A DNA stretch of 63,198 bases, the filler included, from Circinaria calcarea (taxonomy: Eukaryota): NCBI GenBank assembly GCA_051942165.1. It is 8 parts of 8 records of this genome, joined end to end, with 100 filler letters (N's around TTAATTAATTAA, not from the genome) between each part and the next. Parts side by side here need not be neighbours in the genome. Positions count along the whole stretch, not along the records: positions 47,509 to 55,305 come from JAVECS010001246.1; positions 55,406 to 63,198 come from JAVECS010001247.1; 6 more parts are not named here. One strand, written 5' to 3'. Below are positions 52,419 to 63,198 of the stretch, one piece after another. How positions within the stretch are numbered: the stretch's first letter is position 1; every line of letters begins with the position of its first letter. The notes under the pieces were generated by a model. That model was not told where the DNA came from. It searched no databases and saw only the letters and a list, made by a program, of their open reading frames with translations. The translations under genes were made by a program, and so were the position numbers.

Positions 52419-53420
52419 AGCGTTTCGATACCCATCCTCGGTCATGTGAGGGCGCTAGAAATAGAGAAAGGATGCGCATGGGAAGGCGTGCAAGGAGGAT
52501 GATGCGTTGTGCTCTTGGTTTCGCGAAAGGCTTGCAACGATAGCTTACATGCATGGTCTCATATGTGCAGTCTTAGTCTAAACTTGCATGCATACCTACT
52601 GATGATCAGTTCACGGCCGGGTGATGGGACAGTTGGGATTTGCATTCATTCAATAATTTCAAATCTCGGTTTTCCAGAATGTGAGATGGTATGCTTAATT
52701 ATGCATGCGCTCGTAACAGGGAAACGGTCACTGGTCTTGTGCAGCGCCTTGAATTAACCCCCCCCCCCTTCCCCTCCATCAGATAGCATGATTTGCGAAA
52801 GTTGACATTGTCAGTGCAAGAGGTACTAGCAGGAATTAGATTGATGGTGTTTTCAGTTTTATCGAGATGGAGACTAAACAGCAGCTTCCGTCCATATATC
52901 AAGTCTTGTTGCAGTGCGAATCTTAAGATCATTGAAGTACAGAAGATGATTCCCCTTGCATGGCCTTCAGTAGGCCTTCATCAGATCAGAGAAAAACACC
53001 CGAGCTGTCATCCCCCATTACCCAAACTTGTAGACACGTAATTTATGAGACACAACGTGCTGGCGAGCGTGTAAAAGGTATTCAACAACCATACGGTAAT
53101 TTCCTTCATCATATTCCCCTACTTCTTCTCTGTTGATGTCTCGGCGCCTTTGCAGGATACTTCTCTTTAGTCCTTATTTCGGATCTCTATCTTGCGCTGA
53201 GCGCTGGCCGCTCCTTCCTAAGTGAGTGTGAGCGTCGCACTTGCTTCTTCGGTCCTCTTATTCATACCGACCCAAAAGACTTGCCTCTAACGTTTCCAAT
53301 TGTCAAGAGGCTTTCTTGCTTCCCTTCTTGACCCTTATAGTCCCTTCCACCCTTTTCTGTCCTAAAACACCATATAACTTGTAGACCTGGGAGTACCGGG
53401 GCAACACGTATTTGTTCGGA

Positions 53421-55280
53421 ATGGCTTCCAGGACTGGGTGGACATTCGAGAAGTCCGAGAGGGCAAGATGGCTACCGCTATCCCGAATGCTCGCGGCCGG
53501 AGAGATGACTAGCGAACCTCCAAGGGACTTGACTTGGTGTGAGAAGATCGAGCGCTGGATGATTAATGAAGGAGCTTGGAGACTTTTCCTCGCATTATTC
53601 GCGGTTGTACATGCCATCATCTTCTCCTTTGGGTACATGAACTACTCCCGCAAGGAAAATCTCACTGTAGCCCGTACAACGTTTGGGATTACATATCCTG
53701 TAGCGCGAGCTGCAGCGCTGGTGCTGCAGCTCGACATCGCAATCCTGATCTTTCCTGTATGCCGAACGCTTGTATCAATTGCAAGACAAACACCACTGAA
53801 CGGCATTCTCCCATTCGACAAGAACATAAGCTTTCACAAGCTCGTGGCTTGGTCAATCGTCTTCTTCACCTGGGTCCATACTATTGCCCATTGGAACAAC
53901 TTTGCGAAGTTATCGGCGAAGCACAACCAAGGTTTCAAAGGCTTCATCTTGTTAAACTTCGCTACCGGTCCTGGTTGGTCTGGGTATACCATGCTCACCG
54001 CCCTCATGTTCATGGTGGCTACGTCCACCGAGAAGCCTCGCCGCGCCAACTTTGAGCGCTTTTGGTACACGCATCACCTCTTCATCATCTTCTTCGTCTT
54101 CTGGTCCGTTCATGGAGCTTTCTGTATGATCAAGACCGATGTAGCCCCCTTTTGCTTGGGCACAGGCGTCTTTTGGCAATTCTGGATGTATGGAGGTTTC
54201 GTCTATCTCGTAGAAAGGGTAATGCGAGAGATCCGCGGAAGACACCAAACTTTCATCTCCAAGGTCATTCAACATCCCAGCCATGTTGTAGAACTGCAGA
54301 TCAAGAAGGAGCGTACCAAGACAAGGGCAGGACAGGTACGGAACCTATTATTTGGGAATATTAACCTTTACTAACGCACCTGCATAGTACATCTTCCTCT
54401 GCTGCCCCGAAATCTCCATCTGGCAGTACCACCCCTTCACTCTCACCAGCGCTCCAGAAGAAGACTACCTGTCCGTTCACACCCGCTGCCAGGGTACCTT
54501 CACCAAAGCCCTGGCCCAGGCCGTCGGCTGCAACTTCGAACGCGCATGGGTGGAGAAGAAGAAAGACGCTGGATCCGAGGTAGTCGGCGTCAACGCCGAC
54601 AGCAAAGGCCCCGATATCGATCCCGCCCTCCGACGCATCCTGCCCCGCCTGTACATCGATGGACCCTTTGGCAGCGCGTCGGAAGCCGTGTTTCGTTACG
54701 AAGTTGCCGTGCTCGTGGGCGCCGGCATGGGCGTCACACCCTTTGCGTCCGTTCTGAAGAGCGTCTGGTATCGGCTGAATTTCTCGCGGGCCGAGAGGAC
54801 GCGGCTGAGGAAGGTTTACTTCTTCTGGGTCTGTCGCGACTACGCCTCGTTGGAGTGGTTTCGGTCCTTGCTCATGGCCATCGAAGCGCAGGATCTGGAC
54901 CATAGCATTGAGATCCATACCGTAAGACCCATCGCTCCACAGAAATACTCCCACGCCCTTTGCATCCATTTTCCACTTGCTAACTTTCTCCCTTCCCTCT
55001 CTGTTCAAAGTACCTAACCGCCAAGATCGAACCCGACGACTCGATCAACGTCATGCTCAACGACGCCGACTCGGCCCTCGACGCCGACTCGGGTCTTCGC
55101 GCGCCCACCAGCTTCGGCCGTCCGAACTGGGATGTCGTTTTCCGCTGCGTGCGCAAATTGCAAGAGCCGGCGGAAGCGGGCGTGTTCTACTCCGGGCCGG
55201 AGGGCTTGGGAAGTGTGTTGCGTGAGAAGTGTAAGTTGTATTCGGAGCCGGGGTTTAGGTTTGTGTGGGGAAATTCTTAG
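53421..55280 (+). CDS. noxB: NADPH oxidase, NoxB/Nox2 type, divergent C-terminus
   Basis: NoxB-type N-terminal extension SERARWLPLSRMLAAGEMT..WMINEG; heme His pairs FHKL..VHTIAH and HHLF..VHG; HPFTLTS, IDGPFG, GAGMGVTPF; introns 54336-54387 and 54922-55010. Confidence 0.92.
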
Positions 55281-55405
55281 GTAGGGAGGGAGGGAGGAAG
55301 GGGGTNNNNNNNNNNNNNNNNNNNNNNNNNNNNNNNNNNNNNNNNNNNNTTAATTAATTAANNNNNNNNNNNNNNNNNNNNNNNNNNNNNNNNNNNNNNN
55401 NNNNN

Positions 55406-56265
55406 TCAATTAGTCGTGGCGATTGACCGGAAGAGAAGCTGGAAGGCGTTCTCAAAGACGGTTGCATGTGGTTCGTGTCGTTAAATACCGCACTGTTAAT
55501 GTTGGCGTTTGGATTGGAAGGAAGGTTGTTTTGGTATACATCTGGCACCGCGTTGTAGTCCGGTAGTCCACGCGAGTATGAGGACTGCTCAAAGCTAAAG
55601 CCATTCTGTGTACTAGGAAGGTAGGGGGAACTGTACGGCTGAGGTAGACGAGATGAGGATTGATGGGGAGAAAACTGGGCAAACGGGGGATATCGGGGAG
55701 TTTGGGCAGAGAATGGGCCGACGGTGGATCCGGATTCATCTGAAGTGCCAGGACTTCCCGCCGTCATCGGCTGGTCTGCCTTGACGGATGGCGGATCTGT
55801 TTGGGTTTAGTCCTTGAAGAGATTCGTCGATCGCGACGTACGGACCTTTCTTCGCTTTCGGAGGTATGGGTTTGTTGGCGAAGGTAGCTTCTTCGAACGA
55901 CCTCCATTTGAAGTCCTTCTTATAACCGCCACAGTCCACATTTCTCCTGTGGCATTGCTGGCAGGACGGTTTCGTTTCGTCGCATTTCAGCCGTTTCGCC
56001 TTGCACGTCACGCAACCTGATCAGATTAGTCCGAGGTCCTGAGGGTAGCGATGAGCGATTGCCCGGGTTACGAGGACTTGCCGTTGCGACTCTTGGATTG
56101 CTTGGGCTTGGTGACGCCGTCGGGCCTTGCGGTCGATGGTTTATGCGTCCTCGAGGCCGGGGGATTCCGCTTGGGCGCTCGCTTCGTTTCTACGGTCGAA
56201 GTCGGTTGCCGGTCGTCGGGAGCTCGAAGGAAAGACGAGGGCGAGGGGATAGTGATGATCTCCAT
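55406..56265 (-). CDS. Zn(II)2Cys6 transcription factor (3' truncated)
   Basis: KPKQSKSRN|GCVTCKAKRLKCDETKPSCQQCHRRNVDCGGYKKDFKW. Confidence 0.92.
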
Positions 56266-57574
56266 CGAGGCATGAAGTCAACATCAAGGACGGCGGCTGT
56301 AGGACAAGAGACGGCATTCATCATCTCTCCGCCCCGGTCTTTCGCAATCAATCAGTGAGCGTCGGGATGACAATGACTGGACGGTAGTGTATGCGATGGT
56401 ATGGTTTGGCAGCTGGCGGAACGGGGCTACGGAGTAACGACGCTGCTAATACGACTACTAATAAGATGGGGGTTCCCTGGCCACTCTACCCACACACGAT
56501 AAGGCCAGGGAAACCCCCTAGTCAGCGCTACTGTAGGCGAGGCGTAGGCGAGGCACGACGGAATCAGATCCCCGTGATCGATCGGTCGCCCCTTTTGGCC
56601 GGATGGACTGGACCGGTGTCACATTTGCGGGCACCGATGGTGGGATGGCTCCACTCATCCACTAATCCACTAATCCACTTGAGAAACCCCCCCGTCGACG
56701 GCGGGTAGCCTCCCACGAGCGGGGGTTTCGATCAGACTCGGATAGGAATCTAAACATATCAGCTGCTGATAGCCGCCAATGGGCCCAGGAGAGGATTCCG
56801 AGCCTACCGTTTCCCCGGCGGCAATCGCTGTTTTGCTGCACTCGGTTGAACGGTGGAGCGGGGGAGCGGCTAAAGACCTGAAGTCGCTGCACTCGCCACT
56901 TGGAACGTCGACGTGTACTTTGGTCCCCGGGATTGCTTCGGGCTCGCCTGGTCGCGGCTGTTGTTGGAATAGATACACTGGGCGATCAGCTCTCCCAATG
57001 AGATCTTTGGATGCGGCAGGTGACGGTTCGACACAGCCGTTGAATTTCGGGTTGGGATCGCGAGTGTTCAATTGACTTCTCCCCCAGGCGTTGTTCCGAT
57101 TCTACTTACAACGGAATATAATCATGCGAGTACTCCAATAGGCAAAGAACTCTCATTTCACTCTCCCGGTAGCGCCAAATAAAATGTTTGCGGCCGAGGG
57201 AATAAAGTGGTCGAGTGTAGGTGAGCAGAATAGGACCGTATTGACACATATGGCAGAGAGTTATTGGAGCCCGTTACAAAACAAAAGATCCTAGTTCTAT
57301 CGGGCGAATTCAAGATATGGTGAATGTTAGCAAGGGGACGCACTCATCAATACTCTACTATGCTTGATTTACACTCGATACTATCCCATTCCCATTTCTA
57401 ATGCCCCTTACTCCGCTCAACTACTAGAGACCTTCATGACCAACCCGACAAGACCGAAGCTTCCCTTTGTGAAGTAGGATCCGGCCACATGTCCCAAACA
57501 TATTTTGTATTTACTTTGAGAACCAGAAATATCGTGGCCAACACCTCCTGTGAATCATGACCTGGAAGCTTTGG

Positions 57575-58690
57575 CTATATAGGGATCATTGCTACCGTCT
57601 CCCAGTAGTTAGGACCAACCAAATAAGCAACAGTCAAGAAATGAAGACGTTCCCCACCCTCGTCGAAAAGTTCCAAGTCTCTGAATTCGAGACGATAGTT
57701 AGGATCCGCCGGCCCTACTCCTTCGCGCGCCATTTTCGCCCGCCGAGTTTTGAGTTCAAGTGGGTGTCGATGAAGTCTGATATACTCGATGTCGTAATGA
57801 TTCCCGTCTTCTTGTATAATATTGCTATCCAGGAATCGGAGTTGCGAAAAATCGCTGAAATAATCATGGCAATGTAGCCAGGTAGGCTTTCCTTCCTGTC
57901 CTTCAAGCTGAAAAAAGCAGATCTCCGCACAATCTTCAGCTATGTCCGTGCAAACACTCCAAACTCCCGTCCACCCTTTATAATCCCGTGAAAACCGCTT
58001 ATTATAGTCAATTCGCAGCTTAGCACCAGAAATATTGTTGATGTGATGTTCAGCAGGAGTTTCGCGATCAACAGGAGCTTCCTCGTCATATATCTGATCC
58101 CCATTGCCCCAATTGCTCAGCCGTTTCCAAGTTCCAGGTAATGGTACAGGTACGTCTGGATTCCATGTGACTGTCTTTCCATCCTCGTCGAAGGTCAAAT
58201 CTCTGGGATGGGTAATACAAATCATAATTTTGATCCGATACCAATCATACCAATCGTTTCTTGGCCAAGTGTTGGGGAAGCTGGGAGTATGCCCCCACTG
58301 AAACGGATTGCAATTCCATGAGTCATCTCCGACCGTTTTCCCGCGGATCACCTCGTAGAGCTCGTGGAGGTTTGTTGATACCAAAGTTACCGAATACCCT
58401 TCTTTCAAGAGTCGATCGATGTACCCGGTAGATTTGAGAATCTCCCGGTCTAAACCCATGTACCGTTTCTTTTCTCTCTCAGTTAGTCTGTACCCTATAG
58501 TCGGTAGGAACACATAAAGATGAGAGGGAGAAAGCATTGAGAGCAGTCCATATTTAAAATCAGGTATACAATGAAACATTGACATGAATGTGTACTTGGC
58601 GTCAGCCATGATTGAAAGTTTGCTGACCGCACTGTATATTTTGGAACACTCAGCTCTGTGAGGCTTTGAAGGATTCTCCGCGGATACCAT
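57575..58690 (-). CDS. Intronless hypothetical protein (371 aa; start may be 58609)
   Basis: Long uninterrupted ORF with globular, Trp/Asp-rich composition; no motif recognised with confidence. Confidence 0.65.
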   Translation of the reverse strand: MVSAENPSKPHRAECSKIYSAVSKLSIMADAKYTFMSMFHCIPDFKYGLLSMLSPSHLYVFLPTIGYRLTEREKKRYMGLDREILKSTGYIDRLLKEGYSVTLVSTNLHELYEVIRGKTVGDDSWNCNPFQWGHTPSFPNTWPRNDWYDWYRIKIMICITHPRDLTFDEDGKTVTWNPDVPVPLPGTWKRLSNWGNGDQIYDEEAPVDRETPAEHHINNISGAKLRIDYNKRFSRDYKGWTGVWSVCTDIAEDCAEICFFQLEGQEGKPTWLHCHDYFSDFSQLRFLDSNIIQEDGNHYDIEYIRLHRHPLELKTRRAKMAREGVGPADPNYRLEFRDLELFDEGGERLHFLTVAYLVGPNYWETVAMIPI

Positions 58691-60135
58691 AATTGATCGT
58701 TTTATAATACTTTACACTCCTTGTTCTCCTTAGCTATACCCCTTTGTTCTTATTCTAGCACCCGTAATCGTTGCTGCGGTACTACCGCTCCGCTTCCGGA
58801 CTGGAAGATTGACGTGATCTCGATCTTTTATCCCAGCCGCTCTGGAGACGGACAGATGACACCATGAGAACAAAGAGGTGAGTTCCTTGGCCCTGCCCCA
58901 AAATGAAATGATCACGTGGTGCAAACTCTCTATCTCGAAGACCCACGATCGTAGTATGTTCGGCTTCGGGAATGCAGCCTTGGAAACAGGGACTTCCGTT
59001 GTAGCTATTGAGTTCTTTCATTGTTTGCAGTGTTGAAGTTCAACGAAAAGCTCGATGAGCTTGTGCAACACAGACGGCCGTAGAGAAAGAGAGCTGAAAG
59101 CCCGTCTCCAAAAGAGTGAGTACCAGGCCGATTCCGCTGCCCTTGAGTAAGATCATATAGTCGATGAGGAGAAGGAGGAACCACCCCCTCCCCTCGTTAT
59201 ATCTTTAATCGCATCATCCGGAGAGTTCTTCCCGGAGAGTTCTTCCCGTAGCGAACACAACACGACATACAAGCCCATCATCTTGCGCAGCGTGCAACCT
59301 GTCGCTTTTAGCTTCTCGCAAGGCGTGTCCGTGCCATGTGTACCAAGTATCCGACGAGTATCCCGTTAAGAGCATATGGTTGGCAGCGAGCATGGAGTAA
59401 CGCAGTAGAGCACTATGCCCTTGCCATTCTCAAAGGTTGAATGACCCCTTACTGAGGGAGCTGTCATCATCTTATTTTAGTGGCAGCCTTTGTGAACTTT
59501 ATCTACCTTACCTTAGCTCCCGGCCATTTAAACTACAGGTCCGGTCTTTGTACTAAGTCTTAGTCGCTGTCAGAAAGGCTTGGGCCAGTAAGAAACAGTT
59601 GGAGGTTAGCACCAACGGTCAGCACGGACGTTCGAGAATGAAGACTAGTATACGCCATAGTAACGTTCTCCGCCGGCTGAGAAGTGACCAGAATTGGTGC
59701 AGCAGATTCATGGTATGAGTTGGGGATAGTTGTCGACTCATTTTCATTTTCCCTGTTTGGCAAGGCAACGAACGTCCTTGAAATAGATCTGATAGCTACA
59801 GGGTATATCTCGCCTAGGCCAGATGGGGTTAATGGTGGTGGTGTTGTTGTGCATCCATCTCCCTCGTCGTCCTTTGAACGGACGTGGTCAATCCAAGGAA
59901 GCCTGGTTATCAATATCTTGATTATTCATTGTTGGAACTGCCGAATCCCTTTGAAAGGCTAACCGCGTTGCTTATCGTAACCTTTACTCAAATCTGACTG
60001 AATACGGGCTGAAGGTCACGACGATGCGAGTGTAAACGCTGGCGGACGAACTATAGGATATCCTACTTCAGCTCGCCCTTTCATCCTTCATCGAGGAGCC
60101 TACGCAGTGATATTGAGCTCGTGTTATCTGCCATA

Positions 60136-62115
60136 ATGTTCGCCGGTTCGTCGCTTCGCTCTCAGACTATGTATGAGGGTGACATTATGCTGTTAACGGC
60201 CCTTATCTACTGGAGGAAAGGGCGGGATATCTCTGTATTCCCGTTCTGGTGTATTGAAGTCGCCGGAATCGATCCTGGCGCTGTAGCCGCAGCACATTTC
60301 CTGTTCGGTTCATTCACACTAGATGATTCTGGCCGAAGACGTGTTCAAGAGATTGTCGGCAGTATGTTCACTTTGACTGGTCAGCGGTTGCCTAACAAAC
60401 GGATGAAAGATCGCGTACAGCTGATAGCTAGCCACAGAGGATATATGATGCTGGTTATGTGCGGAAGCCTGATGGAGCTCTACGGTATTGATTTTGCTGC
60501 CGAGGTGTTAGGGCAAATGCACGGAGATGTCAATGGACTATCCGCATCTCAATGGAAACTTTTGCTACAGCCATTTACAGGCCTTCGTCCAATCTTGCTC
60601 ACGGCCTCTCACTCCCGCCTTTGTCGATTGGCAGCAAGTCAGGTTTCATCCCCCGCTTCCAACCCTAAAGGTGTTGCCGCAGCACTAGTTGCCCTCAGAC
60701 AGCTTTCTCGGGGCGAGCGCTTCTCGATCGGGGGAACTGGAGGGGCATTGGTAGATATATGCTTCATAGCAGTTCTGGGAGAATGGCTTCTTGATCTTTC
60801 AATCAAGATTACAGATCCGCGTGGAGAATTGATTTATTCTAATCAAAATAACACGGACAGTGTCCGCGGTTCCTTCATCCAATTGTTCCTTATCTTTGAC
60901 CCAGAACAACCCCTACTTGGAATCAGTACGCATGGCTACACAAGGATTAGCCATATTGACCGCTATCTTACAGAAAAGGATGTTCCCTTCAAACGAGACA
61001 CCACTGTCATGGAGGGACGGGGTAGTTTTGGAATTGTGTACAGAGCAACAGACACTCTCAACCAAGTCTTTGCGGTGAAGAGGCTTGACAAAGTATATGG
61101 CGAGAGCAAGAAAGCAGTCGTATATAAGGAATTCGAACTACTCAGGCAGTGCTCGCATCCAAATCTACTCCAGTTGATGTAGGTGTATCAAGTTGTCACT
61201 CTTCCCAATGTGTTCTTCCTAGTTACTAGCCCTTGGGCTCCGGATACTCTGCACGATTTCATCAACTTGGACGACCATCAGCGAGAGTCCATGTTCCCAT
61301 GGTATCAAAAAGACGACAAAGACGACACTAAATTAGACTTGTACGTCTACAATATCCTATATGGCCTTGCAGATGGCCTCTCCTACCTACACCAGACGGG
61401 AATTAAGCACAAGGACATTAAGCCTGGCAATCTACTACTCTTCCGTGAACAAAAACCAGACCCCACAAAGAGAAGTAATCCCTGGGGAGTTCGACCAATT
61501 ATTGCAGATCTCGGAGTTAGCAAATTGTTCAAGCCAGACAGCTCTACCAACTTTACCCATAGTACCTACGATTATCTTGCGCCGGAGCAAGTCCATCATG
61601 TGGAAAGCACGCCAAAGTCTGACGTGTTCGCCATGGGCTGCTGCTTTGCAAACATATTGGTTATCCTGTGCCAGGGCTCCAGGGGTCGAGAGAGCCTTCT
61701 GGATGCCATCACAGGAGAAAGTCGCTCTTGCCAGTACGCGAGGGAACTTGACCATGTTAAAGTAGCCATGGAACAAATTTGTTTTGGTAGCGGTGGCAAA
61801 CGGTATGATGTCTTATCTTTGGTCCAAGTTATGATGACTGCGGAACCATTAGACCGTCCAGAAAGCTTTGAAGTCAGGGACCGGTTGATTTCATTCAAAC
61901 ACTGGAAGTCAGCCCATCGTCCGAGTCCGGTATTGAATCATTCGGAAGGGAGCGGGGGGAGTAGAAAAAGAACGAAAAGAAAAGAAGAAGAAAAGGAGGA
62001 GATATTGGGAAACAAGAGGAGGTATTGGGAAACAATAGAAGGAGAAGGAATAGAGAAGGCGAAGAAGCCGAGTGAGCATTTCCGCCTCTTCGAGCAACTC
62101 TTTAATACAGCATAA
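60136..62115 (+). CDS. Fusion of an uncharacterised fungal helical domain with a Ser/Thr protein kinase, interrupted by one in-frame TAG
   Basis: GRGSFGIV, FAVK, KEFELL, HPNLLQLM*VY (TAG 61180-61182), HKDIKPGNLL, ADLG, YLAPE, DVFAMG, DRP. The two ORFs are in the same frame; 5' end uncertain. Confidence 0.8.
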
Positions 62116-63198
62116 ACTATCTACTGGCTGGAGGTTTGAGGTACTACGGGTGGTATTAGTCCAATCGTTCTTACTGGAACTTCTTTACTCGGCCGGAAAA
62201 AGCGCGTATTATGCACAGGTGCAACCTTCCGAAGTTTTCTACATTGATTGCTGTGTCGCTTTGCGGAGGCGGTGATTTCATCAAGAGCGACGGGAAGGAG
62301 AGTACGGGGTGGATTGAGGTGGGGAAGAGATGAAATAGATGGACATAATACACCGACACCGACACTGACACTGACACTTACCCAACCCCCCTTCACTTCC
62401 TTCCCCCTTTATGCCTCTCCACATACCGCCGGCCTACAAAAGCCTTCAACCTAGGAGCTCAGAACGCAAAAATCGCGGGACCGCGGGATCCAGATATGGG
62501 AAGAAGTAGTATAGCTGCGGGGCAGAGTAGAATGGGAAAGAGGGGAAGAGGGATCAAAGGGAAGAGAGGTAGAAAGAGTAACGGGGGTCGAAAGGGAGGA
62601 TCTAACAAAGGTTTCGTGGGGGGCCCCAAGGGGAGGGTTCCCCATTGAAAGAGGACGAGTAGATATTCGAAAGAGAGACAGACTTTATAAATAATACCTA
62701 ATCCCCGCAAAGCTTTTCCCCCCCTAAATCCATATCACCAAATCCATCGCCCCATACCCCATACCCCCTAAAAATTTATCCGAAGTAGAAATTGTTATTC
62801 TTTCCAGTTTTTGGGGGGGGGCGGAACTTCATGACCTAACCCCTAGATCTCTAGAATAATCGAAAAAATTAAAATTAAAATACCTGGCTGGGCAACTGCA
62901 CCCTTGCCTATGCCTATTCAACTTAACTTAGACTTACGTAGGGATGGGATGGATATACTCCGTAGGAACTTCTTTCTTCCCCAAAATATGGGAGTCTAAG
63001 ATATCTCGAGTGGAAAGAAGAATTTCTCTCACATACTTACCCAAATGGTATCCAACCAACTAACCCAACCTAGCTAAGCCTAGATAAACAGAGAAAGACA
63101 AGACAAGACAGGAAGCAGCAGCAGCCACTAACTACGTTTACCTGCCTTTACGCATCCTGAAAATGGAAAGCCTCCCCCTTCAAAAATCTCTCATGTCC

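Noticed and set aside
54361..55008. 215-aa antisense ORF over noxB, and similar antisense ORFs over other genes
   Set aside because: Shadow ORFs caused by GC-rich codon usage of the sense gene.

Overview
Eukaryotic, intron-rich DNA from a filamentous ascomycete (Pezizomycotina). A lichen-forming Lecanoromycete is my tentative guess, based only on protein resemblance. The window is NOT one locus: it is eight unrelated contigs (7828, 7826, 7825, 7824, 7808, 7797, 7797, 7793 bp, i.e. length-sorted) joined by artificial 100-nt N/TTAATTAATTAA spacers, so linkage holds only within a contig. Contig 1: Con7-type C2H2 TF and a mitochondrial PPR protein. Contig 2: carboxylesterase pseudogene, Cys-rich membrane protein, FG nucleoporin Amo1/Nup42, and RPS20 head-to-head with CUE3/ASCC2. 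Contig 3: DPP III and a head-to-head pair of a disrupted NB-ARC/TPR NLR and a disrupted unknown membrane gene. Contig 4: VPS72, Ecl1-domain gene, repeat relics, F-box pseudogene. Contig 5: RIP-like AT block, decayed partial FAB1 duplicate, internally deleted Mutator-like element, unusual Cys6/coiled-coil gene, MITE. Contig 6: decaying secondary-metabolite cluster fragment (PTH11-like, two P450s, FAD oxidase) ending in a perfect 68-bp palindrome related to the contig 5 repeat. Contig 7: FEN1, glutaryl-CoA dehydrogenase, UBC4, divergent NoxB. Contig 8: Zn2Cys6 TF, orphan ORF, and an unknown-domain/kinase fusion with one in-frame TAG. All family calls come from motif recognition by eye; no database searches were run.
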